Origin: Bispira polyomma | Lineage: Eukaryota | Assembly (NCBI GenBank): GCA_965649765.1 | Contig: OZ287748.1 | Coordinates: 71,982,001 to 72,046,000 of the forward strand | Length of the DNA: 64,000 nt | Direction: 5' to 3' | Shown here: positions 1 to 12,986 of the stretch, piece after piece | Position numbering within the stretch: position 1 is the stretch's first letter | How the letters are laid out: each line of letters begins with the position of its first letter | Translations under genes and position numbers: made by a program | The notes under the pieces: model-generated | What the model saw: the letters and a program-made list of their open reading frames with translations, nothing else | What the model was told of the DNA's origin: nothing | Databases searched by the model: none

Positions 1-352
1 AGGCAAATAACTTCCAATATTGCTTCTAAGCCACCGAGAAATTGGATTGTGGGGGATGGTGTAACAATATGATTTCTCCCCGGACAAAAGAAAGCACAGG
101 CGCAGTTGATATCTTTATAAGCTGTCCACTGGGGTACCGGAAGGGAGAATACTAAATCCTGAATAGGTAGCTAATGAAGAAATCATTACACAGAAGCCTT
201 GGCAATAAGTCTTCGGGGAGAGGAAGGGCTTTTTGGAGCTTTTTCTGCATCTAGGCTTTTTCATGACCTAGTAGTGGCAGTTTACATCTCAGCAAGAGAA
301 AATAAATAATAAATTATACTGGTTCAGTACAGTGGAGTAGCCATAATATACC

Positions 353-1126
353 CCTGTTCCACTGTCAAGATAGATCGGGAGCAGCCCCGATTTTGGGCAT
401 CCCAGAATTCATCATGATGATCTAGGATTAATCTGGACAGCCAGGATCGTAATCCCTGTCATCTGGGGATCAAGTAATACTGAATAGGTTGAGAAAATGG
501 GCCGATTGGATATTTTATCCCCCTCTGCCCCTCGATAATCAGGAGTAACCCCGAGTAACCTTGATGCCACCCTGGATGATTTTGTTGTTACCCCGGGTGA
601 TTGCCGTGTATCCCAGTCCTCCCAAAACACCAAAATGCAATCCTCATTGACCCCAAACAATTGAGGTGGCTTCCTGTTTAATCATTGGGCCACTCTGATT
701 GATCACCGCAATCGTAATGAATAAACAGGGTGGCTTCCCCAATTGTTAGGATTAACCGGGATCGTTGTGTCCCTAAAGATCACCCGGGGTGACCACCGGA
801 TTATCGTGGGCATTTTCAAATATATTCAAGTAATTTCTGTCCTTGATCATAATTTCCCTATCACGCCAGGTGGTCCAGAAGATTTAGCAGGGTGCCACCA
901 GGATTCTTAAAATCGGGGCTGCTCCAGATCTATTTTGACAGATAAGCAGGGGCAAAATATTTTAAGATCACCCGGGCGTACCCCAGGATTATAAGGGGCA
1001 TTTTTAGTATTTTTACTCCTGGATCATAATCGGCAGATCATGGCAGGTCACTAATGGATTCAGCAGAGTGACACCAGGATCGTCAAAATCGGGGCTGCTC
1101 TAGATTGAGCTTGACAGTGGAACAGC
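353..1126. mobile_element. Non-autonomous DNA transposon (MITE) with ~45-bp TIRs, copy 1
   Basis: Left end ctgttccactgtcaagatagatcgggagcagccccgattttg is the inverted match of right end caaaatcggggctgctctagattgagcttgacagtggaacagc. The same ends recur at 12987-13472. No transposase ORF. Confidence 0.8.
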
Positions 1127-2513
1127 TAAAGGGAATGGTTTTTTTGTGATGTGAGTATCACTCTCTTAATTTGATTGTGATGTATGACATTGTATAGTGT
1201 GTAAACTAGGAGTAACTCTGTAAGCTCAATGCACAACCCTTTAGAATATTTAAGCTGTTTTTTGTATTTAACTGTAACATAAAGGTAAGCTTTGACTTAC
1301 ATAAACAGTTTTAATACATGTTTTTATATCAGCTCAAAGTCAGAAATATTTATACACTAACATATAAACACAACATGTGAATTGAAATGGCAAGTTTATT
1401 CAACTGACAAAAATGCGTACAAGGTTTTTACAATTTGATTACATCACACATTTTTAAAATATGTTTTGTCTTTCTTAAAAAGGTAAACAATACAATGAAA
1501 AACATATATAACCAGTGCCAACAAGTTAATTGTCTCGTTCCCACAAGATAATTAATGCAGAATACATGTTTTTTTAGAAAGATTTTCTTAGACTTTTGAA
1601 ATATATGACATCTCAAAAAAATTAATGCGACTTTCAAATACATTTTAAATACCTAAATATAGTATTGTTTACCGGAATAATCAAAACCATGATAACTAAA
1701 GAAATGAATGGCATCAAGAGCATCCATTTCCCTACAATTATCAGACATACATTAAGAATTAGACATTCTTGTTCAGCAATTTTCCGTGACATATGTCAAG
1801 CTAATGGGAAAAAGAAAATGACATAATGGTGGTAAATTGACACTAATGTGGCTCTGTGATTACCTTAAGGAGTTTCAAATGGATCTAGCTTTCAACTAAG
1901 CTGTATATTGTATATACAAAAAGAAACCTAGGGAAGTGACATAAGGGAGGGGGGTAACATATATTTACCCAGTAGACGTGTTTTACAAGATGGCGTTCAC
2001 CAACATTACCACACACTCTCACTTGTACATGTGCCATCTATTTGAATTTAGTCGAGAGTTTACATCACTTTAACCAACTCCGGTCATATCACTATTTTTG
2101 ATTTTCGATTAACGTTTTGGGTTTGTTGCGCCTTAGAATTTGTTGTACAAAGATTAAGCGCTATAAAAGTACGACTAGATTAGATTAGATTAGATCACAA
2201 AGTTTCCACAATGAAAGAGCGAACAGGATTCGAACCTACATTGGCGAGAGGCCAGTGATTGTGAAGCAGGCATTTCTAACCACTAGCCTCCCCCCCTCCC
2301 CCTCGGCCTCATGTGTTTCATTATCATATATGTATCCTTAAAAATGTTACCTTTTTTGTCTATTAGGCTTACTTTTAGTGAAAATTTAAATATTCTCCAG
2401 TGATAAGTGAATAGTGGCCGTAAATTCCAGATGAAATTCATCAGAATTACTAAATTTGTGAAATGTTCTTCCAGCTAAATTTTTTACCTCGTCAGTATCC
2501 TCTTTATTTCTTG

Positions 2514-2830
2514 ATGGCCTCTGTGGTCTAGTGGTTAGAGTGTTCAACTTTGGATCAGAGGGTCCCAGGTTTGATTCTCACTAGAGGCCTGGAGATTGTA
2601 CCCTTGGAGAAGGTGTTTTACACACAGTTGTCCCTCTCGACCCGGGAATATAACCTGACCGCTAATTGTTCTTTGTGCACTGTATGTGGCAGCATGAACA
2701 GTATGCTTTTTGAAGGAGCTGAGAATGAACAAAACAATTGGTTGACATGTAGAAGCATCCAGACTGGGGATGTAAATTGTAAAGTTGGACGATACATCAA
2801 AAGAGGTGATGTCAGACTATAAACCTATGC
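2514..2830 (+). mobile_element. tRNA-derived SINE, family A (Deu/Nin-domain-like core)
   Basis: Pol III A box (tggtctagtggttag) and B-box-like (ggtttgattct), then a cccttggagaagg...ctcgacccgggaatataa core. The 3' part (tgtggcagca...aacaattggttgaca.gtagaag..cccag) is shared with 23003-23275 and 42050-42310. Confidence 0.75.
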
Positions 2831-3467
2831 ACATTTTACATTTCTCAAGCTTCCTCCATATCCCTTTATGTTCTCCTCGTTAGCCCCCTTTAAGTCTCTC
2901 CTCCACCTTTGATGGCCCCCAAACTTTGGGGTATGATCCACTGGTCAGTGTTAGATTAGCATCCTCTGCCACATCCTTCACAAACAAGCGTCACATATAC
3001 TTCTTCAAACAAATCTTTTTGTGTGACCCAAATGTAATAACACCTTTTTTTCTATTTTCATATATTTTGCCTTTCTAGAGCCATTGTATCAAATACTGTA
3101 TCCATAATTTGGAAAAAAAGGACAAAGTATAATGACAGTGATTATTTTCAAACAGTTGGGAAAAACAAAACTTTAAAAAAACATTTTTTTATCGTTTAAA
3201 CCTGTTATAATTAGTTAATGTAACATCTAAGTTTATTAATTAACAAGCATAAACTTCAATTTGCTTCAATTTATAATCATTGTAAGGGAAAAAAATATTG
3301 TATAAAATGGCAAAGAGAGTGGGGGAAGATTTCCTGGTCAGGGGAGTATTTCCTAGAATATATGTTGTTGAAAGCAATGTCAAACTGGAAATAAATTCAG
3401 TCAATAGCAAAAAAGGGATCTTACTTTTACAATTATACAAAATAAATTCACAAACGAATGGACAACT

Positions 3468-3705
3468 GGGCTAGTATTCTCGAGTGTATATACTCAGCCC
3501 AAATTCATACTCTACTTAAATCTGTTCTCTTCAACTTTGGATAAATGTAAACATATCTAAAAATCTGTATTTGAATTCAGTGTTCAAAGCTCTATTAAAA
3601 TGAATGGTCACAAGTATAGGTTATTTCCGTTTACAAAATTCCTGCACAGCCTATATTTGAGTTAGATATAAAAGCATTAAGTTTATATTCAGAGAATACC
3701 AGCCC
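3468..3705. mobile_element. MITE with short TIRs; degenerate second copy at ~6200-6430
   Basis: Ends gggctagtattctc ... gagaataccagccc. The internal aaagctctattaaaat.aatggtcacaagtata is repeated at ~6313-6345. Confidence 0.6.
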
Positions 3706-4006
3706 TACATAAAGTACATACCAGTCTGTGATCATTGTATTAGTGGTATTTGTCTGGACAAATACCTGATCCAATTGAAGTTGTTTCTTGTTGTTTTCAC
3801 CAATAAACTTCTAAAAGCCTGGTCCACTTCTAAACCATTACAGAGATGAAATATTTAAAGGCAGAATTCCATGTCTAAAGTTATACTGCCAGTGAAGGTC
3901 ACAGTATTAGATATGCTCCTTGTTATTTGACAAGAAACAAAACAATGTAGATACTTCTCTTCGGAGCTCCTAAAGTGACAAAGTAAGGACGGAGAATCTT
4001 TTTATC

Positions 4007-4510
4007 TTGTTACCTAAAGGTAGTAAGTCATTACCTTAAGAAAGTATATTGTTACGTGAAGATAGAAAGTCGCTACCTCAAGATAATATATTGTTACCTC
4101 TAGATAAAAAGTTGTTACATCAAGATAATAAGTGCATACTCAAGATAATAAGTGGTTACCTGAAGATAGAAAGTTGTTACCTCAATTAGTATATTCTTAC
4201 CTCAAGATAGTATATTGTTACCTCAAGATAGAAAATTGTTATCTCAAGATAGTATTGTTACCTTAAGATGGAAAGTCATTCCCTCAAGTTAGAACGTTGT
4301 TACCTCAAGATAGTATATTGTCAGCTGAAGATAGGAACTTTTTACCTCAATTAGTATACTGTTACTTCAAGATAGTATATTGATACCTGAAGATAGGAAC
4401 TTGTTAAATTAGCATATTGTTACTTCAAGATAGTATATTGGTACCTGCAGATAGGAACTTGTTACCTCAATTAGTATATTGTTACCTCAAGATAGAAATT
4501 CATTACCTAG
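4007..4510. repeat. Minisatellite, ~20-21-bp unit (ttgttacctcaagatag[aaag/tatat]), roughly 24 copies
   Basis: Directly visible head-to-tail units with no unique spacers. Confidence 0.9.
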
Positions 4511-6734
4511 GGTTATTTTGCTCTACAAAATATTTGTAGAATTTGAAGAATATTGGTCATTTGCACAATTTTGCATAGAATTTAGTTTCTCAATCACTGA
4601 ACACTGTTCTTTTATTTTGTTTTCATCATTGTTTTAGTCTGTTTAAGAATATTCAAAACCTGAACAAGAAGGAGAAAGCTATCGTATATATATATTATCA
4701 GGCATACAAAAATACACAGAGCCCCAAAAATTAATGTATTTTAAGAGGTTCCCATTGATATATATGTGTCTAAATTATAAACTTCAAGCTGGGATGTTTA
4801 AGACAGAAACATATTAGCTCTAGACTCGCCCTTTTAGCCACATATCCGGTCATTAATTTGTCTGGGTGTAGATGAGAGAGACTATTTTAAGACAGCAAGC
4901 CTGACATAGATTCCACACAGTCAAACAAAAAGAGCTTTGTCTCCGTTAGAATGCGGCACATGAAGTTTAAAACCCAACTCTGCATATTTCAGTATGGCAT
5001 TCATCAAGGAACGTTTCAAATTAACTATGATAGCCTTGTCTAAGACTCACATTTTTTTATTTATTTCAGATTAGTTTCATTTATTGATCCATTCAAACAC
5101 ATGATGCATAGCTAACACAATATAAAAAATCATGAAAGTTAGAAGAATTACACAAGAGAAACATATTTGCAAACTGAAAGAGATAGAATTAATAGACAGT
5201 TTTAAATTAGATATAACTCCAAATATTTGATTTACATTATTTAATACAGAAGTAATCAAGCAAACAAATGAATTCTTCAACACTAATTGCAGAACCAGTT
5301 GCTCTGTGATACAAAAACATCCCTAATAATTAATCGCATATTAACATAAAGTATTTCAATAGCTACCTAGAGTAGTGGTGGCCTATTGGTTAGAAGTGTC
5401 TGGTTCATAATCACTGGGGGTACTTGGTCAAGGGTTTTGTGCACCGCGAACCACCGTCCAACGCCAAGTCCACTGCCAATGTTTCCAGATATATAAGCCA
5501 TGGCTGAGCACACATGAGATATAGTTAGTAGTTTGTGGGAAAAGAATGGAGGAATAAAAGTTCATTTCCGTTAGTAACCTTGTACATTCAACTGACCAGA
5601 AATGTTAAAAGTTCATAAATAACTAATTCCACAATATAACTTATTTTTTATGGAATGTCCATAGTTTTTGTGGAAAATTCAATAGTTTGTTTTAATATTT
5701 TGTGAATTATCCATGATTATGTGTCACAACTATTATACTGGGGAATAAATTTTACCTAATAAGCTTGAATTTTGTGGAAATAAATTTCCAGTGAAAAAAA
5801 GTAAAATAGCCAATAGTGAAACATCTATTATGTTTCTAAAAATCTTCTCTATTAAATCTGGCCTTTTTGAGATGACGTGAGCTGTTGAAAGTGATGTAAA
5901 TCCCAACTATTATTAAGATTGCTTCTGATACTGTCCACATGTATACACTATCTTAGAAACCACATGGAGATGTGATAGTCTAGTGGTTTTAAGTGTCTTG
6001 TTCACCATCACTGCCCTCTCAACAATGTGAGTCAGAAACCTGTTCACTTATTTATGTGGAAACGTTTGTCACAGGTTACTTCCACCTGTTAAATCTTGCC
6101 GTCTTGATGTGACCTAAGCTATTGAAAGTGACACATAAAATCCAATCAAATTTAAGTCTTAATAGAGCCTAGGACAAGGCTAAATCTCTAGGTGTCTGGA
6201 CTCGAATTCTCGGATATACTCAGCTCAAACTAATACTTAAATCTAGATTCTTTGTAACTCTAGATGCAGTAAACATATCTAAAATATGACTTTATATTTG
6301 AAGTCAGTATAGAAAGCTCTATTAAAATAAATGGTCACAAGTATAAGTTATTTCCATGTACAGGGATTTCCACTCATAGACTATACTTGACTTCAGTATT
6401 AGTTTGAGCATGAGTTTATTTGGCGAATGCCATTATTCTACTAGAAGTGTGAGCATTGGTTGTGTTTTTGTAAATATTTCAGGATCTTCATATATCTGGC
6501 TGCATCTTCAACACTGTCAAGGACGGCTCTGGTCACGTGTCATTGGATAAGAACCAATCAATCAACTGCCCTTTCACACCTTGACAAACAGTTGAAGGCG
6601 GTTTGAATTCGATCAACAGAACTGCAACAAAATAAGGAAAGACACCTCTGGTGATTTGAATCCCATACCAGATTGGAATCTGACCAGTAGTTCCATTTTT
6701 AGAGCTGTCATCAGTGATATTGAAAGGCTGACCG

Positions 6735-6810
6735 ATGTGTTCAAATATAATTGGTTGCCATGGAAACTCTTTGGCCTTGGAGATTTGTATCCTGGTCATC
6801 TTGATTTCAG
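6735..6810 (+). CDS. CUB-CUB-LDLa-TM (NETO-like) gene, coding exon 1 (signal peptide MCSNIIGCHGNSLALEICILVILIS)
   Basis: First ATG in an exon with acceptor tttcag at 6481-82. Hydrophobic stretch, then donor CAG|gtaagt in phase 1, which joins the phase-1 exon at 16814 in frame. Confidence 0.75.
6754..6767. promoter_or_regulatory. RFX X-box-like palindrome GTTGCCATGGAAAC
   Basis: Matches the GTTNCCATGGNAAC consensus. Function is not shown. Confidence 0.35.
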
Positions 6811-8753
6811 GTAAGTTGTTTTAAATCAAAAGTTCTTAAACATTATGGGTGATCTTAGAGAACTTTTTGAGCCTAAATCTTTGATGAGATTGGCTTTAAT
6901 AAATTTATATTTGTTTTAAAGATTTGTTTACACATTCCAAACATACTGCAACTTAGATCACTGACCTATTATTATGGATTATGTATTATGAATATCAAAC
7001 CTACATTTGATATGAACGATAAAATGAGCTTTTATCTCTTTGGAACTGAGTAATTATAATAATATATTGAAAGTATAACACCTGTAAATATAAACATAAT
7101 AGGTTACACAAATATTATAGGATTATAATATTAAATTGTTTTTTTTTTAATGAATCAAATAAACCTTATCAAGAGTTGACTTTTAAAATAAGCTATATGG
7201 GCACAGTGTGGATGGAATACGCTAACATTGATATGGCCACTATATTCGCTGTGTCTGATAACAATAAATCTGACATCCCCTTAGTTTGGCTGGTCGATTG
7301 CTTCCAACCAATCCACAAAGGGCTTACATAGCACCCTTTTCAGAATAAAAACAATATCAGGCAAGGCTTGATCAAAATACATTAAATCCGAGAATCATGT
7401 AGCAAACGCCATTTGCAGATAGCAGGCTTTCTCATTATAGTTGGTAAGCTTCTTGTGAATGCTCTGGGGGCCTTAGTGGTTTAGGGGTTAACACTCTAAC
7501 CTCAGCCTCTGTAGGTGTGAAAAAATGAGCACTTTACAATACAGAAATCTCTATTCGGTCTCTGTACCAGTGATTCATCGTGATGTACCCAACAAGAGGT
7601 TGAATGCGACATTACAGCTTAAGTACAATATTAAAAAATATGACCAACTCAATTTTATCAATCGTAATAAACCTTGGATTCTTGAATAAAGCCATAGAGT
7701 ACCTCGAACAACTTTGTCTATTTGTATTTTAATCAGCGAGAGTTTGGGCCACAATAATATCGTAACTGTAAATATTGTACTGTAATTGTGATGGCATTTG
7801 TAGGTAATCTTCGGTATTATTGACTTTTCGCAGACTAATCGACACGACTGGTTAAATAACTGCAATTTTTGGTTATTGTTGTTTTTTTTCTGGATATCTT
7901 CTTACAAACTTCTATTGATTTTGTGATAAGGGGTGTAACCTAAACCTAATTACATGAAAGGTCAATAACAGAAAATAACAATAGCATTACCAGGTATTGC
8001 AAATTTTATTAATTCTTCTTAGATTTCATGTATAATTAATGCTATTCTTTAAAATTCAACTCTTTTGGGCAGATTTTCTATGTATTACTGTTGTCATCTT
8101 GGTTTACCTTAGACTTGTTAGACTTCCCTGTCCCGCTACCCCTCCCTCCCCCCTCTACTTCAGTTGTCCCATCCCTGGAGCTGAAAGCCCATCAGCAGAT
8201 TGGTTATCAGCATGGCACATGAATAGTAGTATCACCTACACTAGGCCACCGCAATTTAGTCCACAGCTGCAAAAGGGAGTGATTGTTAAACACTTACAAT
8301 GCGGCCAAAATTTGACCCAGAAAAAAAGTGAATTATAAACATTGATATCCAACTGATTTTACTGTTATAATCATTCCCCAAATAAGAGTAATTTATTAGT
8401 AATCTTAACCAAAATATAAACATGTGTCCTTTCTTTGTGTGGTGTGTACAACTATGCAGATATTGCTGGTGAAACCCCCTTCTTTGCATATAAGTACAAA
8501 ATGTAAATTGTTTACATTGATCAAAAGACATCTGATTTTTTTGTTATGCATATATAACTGTGCAGATATAAGACTGGTATATCAATAGCAACATTGACAT
8601 GTTACTGAAATTTTTAAAAAAAATGGGAAGCTCCATTAATAAATCACCTCTGCTATAAAATATTGTAAAATAAGCCTAGATGTACTGCTATTTTTTGTAG
8701 CAAGATTGTTTCCATGAAACGTATTTCTATATCAACTTCTTTACGTTACTCGA

Positions 8754-8995
8754 GGTGGCCACGGTGGCCTAGTGGTTAGCAAGCGTTGAGCTTCACAATC
8801 ACTGGTCTCTCACCTCTGGGCGGCGTGACTTCGAATCCCGTCAATGCCTATGTGGGAAAGGTGGTAGTTCCTTACTGTGGGCCACTGGTTTCTCTCCAGA
8901 ACCTTGACCGACTGTATGCAGTGTTTCCTCCAGCGTTTCCAACTACCCGTCCCAATATAACCTACTAGAGTGGACGTTAAATATTCAAATTCAAA
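8754..8995 (+). mobile_element. tRNA-derived SINE, family B (Meta-domain-like), full length with 14-bp TSD
   Basis: A box (tggcctagtgg), B box (ttcgaatccc), ggtttctctcc...gtttcctcc core and (ttcaaa)n tail. TSD tttacgttactcga at 8740-8753 and 8996-9009. Degenerate relatives at ~5975-6150, 17327-17490, 18352-18580, 44330-44440, 57390-57560 (+) and ~2200-2290, 20760-20950, 27090-27300 (-). Confidence 0.85.
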
Positions 8996-10427
8996 TTTAC
9001 GTTACTCGAATAATTTTGATTTTCTCCATCAACAATTTTACTGCTGCTTTATAAGATGTACTAAAATATGTTCAGATCGATCGTGCTTTTTTATGGCAGG
9101 ATTAATTGCATAAAATGTAATCTATATACATACACTGAAGTCCCATATTTAAGCCCACACACACAAATACTTTTTATAAGATGTATGGTCCAGATACCTT
9201 ATAGTGATGAGCAGTGCACTCATTTTTTGTTGGGCAGTGTACCTCACACCCCCTGTAATGGATGTTCCCAACAGATTCCTCTTACACACAGTAACACACT
9301 TCACCTAATGAGTCACTGTGTGATTATGTCAAATCAAATTTATCTTTATTTGCACCCCTTCCTTCATGTGTTTAGAGTGTACCTTACTGTAACTAAAAAA
9401 AAGGAATATCTAATGGCCGAGTCCCACTTTCACGACCAAAACCAGCGATCTACAAACTCCACTTATCTGCATGGTACAGGCATGTTTTTTAGCAGTAACC
9501 AGCGTCCAAGCTGCTTCTGAACTCAAGTCCGTCTTTGTGTGATTAATGCAGCGATGGCGAGTCTGTGTTATGACTTCACCAAACTATCTTATTATTAATA
9601 ATGTTTTTTAATATATTTAAAGTCATTTTTGATGTTTGGGGCAGCCTTGAGAACGCATCCCTACCTATCTTTATATTTTCCAAGGGGATGAAATTAGGCA
9701 TGCAGTAGGCGAACTTTGTAAAAGGTCCTCTTGACGGTGGGAATCTTTATTCAATTACTATATGTTACTTGCGATGCTGATGTGTTGTCCACTGGACCTT
9801 TGCATTTCTCTAACATCCACCCCTGCTGTGAGCGATCTTTGTGGAATTCTGCCTGTTGAAACTCCTTCTAAACTCCTAAACTCTATCATGGAACATTTCT
9901 TTTACGGATCACAAAAGTGGGACAGTGGCATAAGTTTAGTCTGGCTTGGGGGAATAATGGATATTCAAAATTAAATGTCCTATCAGCTATATTGAAAACC
10001 ACTAATAATTAGTTCACAAAATCATTACACACACTCTATTTTGTGGAGTTGATTGAATTGTGATGTCCTAAGTTTATGGTACTTTCTATTGCCTTACTGT
10101 CACAAGGAATCATTAATAATTAAGTTTATGGTGATAAAACAACTACTTTGCTAATATCTCCACATAAGTTTGACAGTAAAAGGGGAAAAAAATGTCAGTA
10201 CATTGTTAATAAGAACTTGTAGATATACGGTCCTGGGGCCCGTATTCACAAAAGGTCAAGCCTAGTCTTAACTTAGACTTAAGTTGAAAACTTTGATATT
10301 TGATTTTGGCTGTGGAAAGCTTAAGATTTTGGTTTGATTTCCAGTGACATTAAGAAAACATCCTTTAGTTAGTGTAAACTTTACTCTTAAGCCTAAGATT
10401 AACAGTACTGTGGATTAACCTATTTAA

Positions 10428-11408
10428 GGTTGTTCGCGACCAATTTTTTTTTACACCACAGATTTAGAAAAAAAAATAAATTATGAAAAGTTTGATAAAT
10501 ATGTTAAACAAAAATATAAAAAAAAAAAATAATGTCACACCAGGCTCTTTCAAACCTACTGAGCTTTGAATAGGGTATGTATTTCCATTTATCTTTTTAG
10601 TGTATTAATAGAAAAGCCTGTTTTTGGGGGGAAATAATTCATAAAAAGGTATTTTAAAACAATTTCAACATACAGAATTTTCTTCTTTTTTTTTCTCCCC
10701 GGTTGTGGTAAATTACAAACTGTAACTAAATATAAGGGAAAAACAGTGGGTCACACGCTAAATTTTCGTCAATCTCAGTTTGTTTAAAATTTTTAAGGCC
10801 CAAAACCTTCAGTGGCTCATACTTGGATAGTTGTAATTTATGGTGTTGTGATGTAGTTTGAGATAGTCATAAATAAAGAGCCAGCAGTTGGGATATAATT
10901 TTAATAACTACTCTAAGTTATGTATAGATTGTAAAATTGTTAAAAGGTAAAATATATACAAAATAATAATAAGGCCACCTTATAGTTTAAGTTCACCATA
11001 AATTAAGTTAGTCAAAACTGACATTACGTTAACCTTAAATTAAGATAAGTTTTTGCGTTAACTGAGTTTAAGGTAACCTTACTTTTCAAGTTACGTTTTA
11101 GTTAAGATGATCATACATTAAGGTTACCGTAAATACAATTTTTTTGAAATTCAAGGTGGCCTTTAAATTTGAATAAATGTATAGCTTGTTATGTAAAATA
11201 TATATTGACACACAATGTTTCTATTAAAATAATAGGAAACATTTGGAATTTTTCTGAAGATAAACATTATATTTATAGCATAGTGGTCCATAACAGGGCA
11301 AATCGATGCATCATTCCCAATAGACGATTTAATAAAGCACATTTTCTGCAATTATCATAAAAATATATTGAAATTTATTTTTGGGGGAAAAAATGGTAGC
11401 GAACAACC
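10428..11408. mobile_element. Kolobok-like MITE with TTAA TSD, nested in the previous element
   Basis: TTAA(10424-27)|ggttgttcgcgacca ... tggtagcgaacaacc|TTAA(11409-12). Confidence 0.8.
10972..11162. mobile_element. Small MITE (aggccacctt / aaggtggcct TIRs), third nesting level
   Basis: 10-bp TIRs with a ttaag-rich interior. A similar element lies at ~46720-46976. Confidence 0.55.
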
Positions 11409-12986
11409 TTAATTGACATGAAAATGACTTATAATCATCTCCACCCTTCTAAAAAGTGAAAATAATAATATTAACAATGGCCTTTATGTTGTTGTATGTT
11501 GTCCTAGGTTTTTTAGTTTTTGTGCTGTATTATACCTTGTGCTTTGGCAAACGCTTTACTGTGTTTTGACTTTAATTTTGTAATATGTAACACAATGTGA
11601 ACATTTTGTATATTATGTAGTTAAATTTAAAAATATTTAATTTAAAAACAAGAATATTTGTAGACAGTCTTTATTTAGTGTTAACTTTGCTCTTATCCCT
11701 AGGATTATTAATTGTAGGCAGTCTTTATTTAGTGTTTACTTTGCTCTTATCCCTAGGATAATTCTAGGCAGTCTTTATTAACACCAGGATTATTAATTGT
11801 AGGCAGTCTTTATCATTTTAGATATAAATGTTCAGGCTTTAACACAAAGTAAAGACCTAGATCTTTTGTGAATACGGTCCCAGCTAAATAGTATGAGGGA
11901 AATATTAAGTTTTACCATACCAGCCATTAAGTTAACACAAATTCTTCATTGTTCTAAATGTATTTAGTATTTTGTATCGAAATTTATACTCATCGTATTT
12001 TTTTGCCTTTGTCTTTTCCAAAGTACTTACTGACCCTTTTTGACTGCAAATATGCATCCATTTAGCACGAGTAACTGCCATTCCCTTCACTGAAGACAAA
12101 GACTTTAGGCTAACTATTCATCAACTTTCACTTGTCGGTAGGGGGTGCCAAGACATAAGCCAAACAAATGGAATTTACAATCTAATCCGTTTCTCAAAAT
12201 CTGAGAATGTGACACACAGGAAAATATTTTTATCGGCTACATGAAAGCATAAATTGGCTGACATCTGACCAAAAAAAATTTTCCAATCAGCATATATAAA
12301 ATCAACTGACAGTTGATATAGTAATGTAGGCTACTGTACAGGTGTCACTGGCTATTTTTAATCACGAATACTGGCGAACCTAAAATTCTTCATGGTTTGG
12401 TAGCCAATTCCTCCCAATTCATCATCATTCTTACCTTTTTTCAGCTCTCGTGGTGGGGATATGAGAATACGTAGCCATTCACCATTTTTTTTGTCCACCA
12501 AAAATTTACCATGGTTGATAGGAGCTTCTTTGAAATGGCAGCTTCGTTGCAGCTTCCTAGTGCAGATATTCCCTGTATATTGCCATTCCTCATCTATCTT
12601 CTCCCTTTAATACTTTGGTCACACATACACCAATGTCGGCCAACCTAAAATTCTTTCTAGTTGGTAGTCAATTCCTCCTGATTCTTCGCCATTCTTCCCT
12701 ATTCTCCATCTCTCGCTTATCTGCATTAGGATCGTAATGTATTGGTGCATAGTCACTGACATAAAATAAAATAAATTTCCCGCCCTTTTCATGGCGGTCA
12801 ATTCAAAGAATCAAGAGAATTTTGAAGAATCAAAATTCTACATGATCCCCTAACATTCCGCATCATACACACAGCAACCTCTTCTATGTGAGACTTGGTC
12901 ATTTTGAGGGTAACCTGAAATTTACTCTGTACAACAGGAAATGAAAGATAGAGCATTGCTTGGGTAATGATAATACACATAAAGTA

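Larger units (their letters stand above)
10233..11883. mobile_element. MITE with ctggggcccgtattcacaaaag / cttttgtgaatacggtcccag ends (CWG-flanked, PIF/Harbinger-like); carries nested insertions
   Basis: Inverted termini are visible. Related ends occur at 54184-54614 and ~59214-59366. The superfamily call is inference. Confidence 0.7.

Noticed and set aside
412-660. ORF within the MITE as a possible transposase remnant
   Set aside because: No recognisable DDE or HTH similarity, and the region is not retained in copy 2.
2514-2590. tRNA genes here and at ~8754, ~27841, ~49750 (-) and ~59150 (-)
   Set aside because: A/B boxes are present, but there is no complete cloverleaf and several run into shared SINE bodies. 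They are SINE heads.
4007-4510. CRISPR-like regular repeats
   Set aside because: The units abut with no unique spacers, there are no cas genes and the context is eukaryotic. It is a minisatellite.
6533-6799. 88-aa minus-strand ORF over exon 1
   Set aside because: It is antisense to the 5' UTR/signal exon and has no recognisable features.
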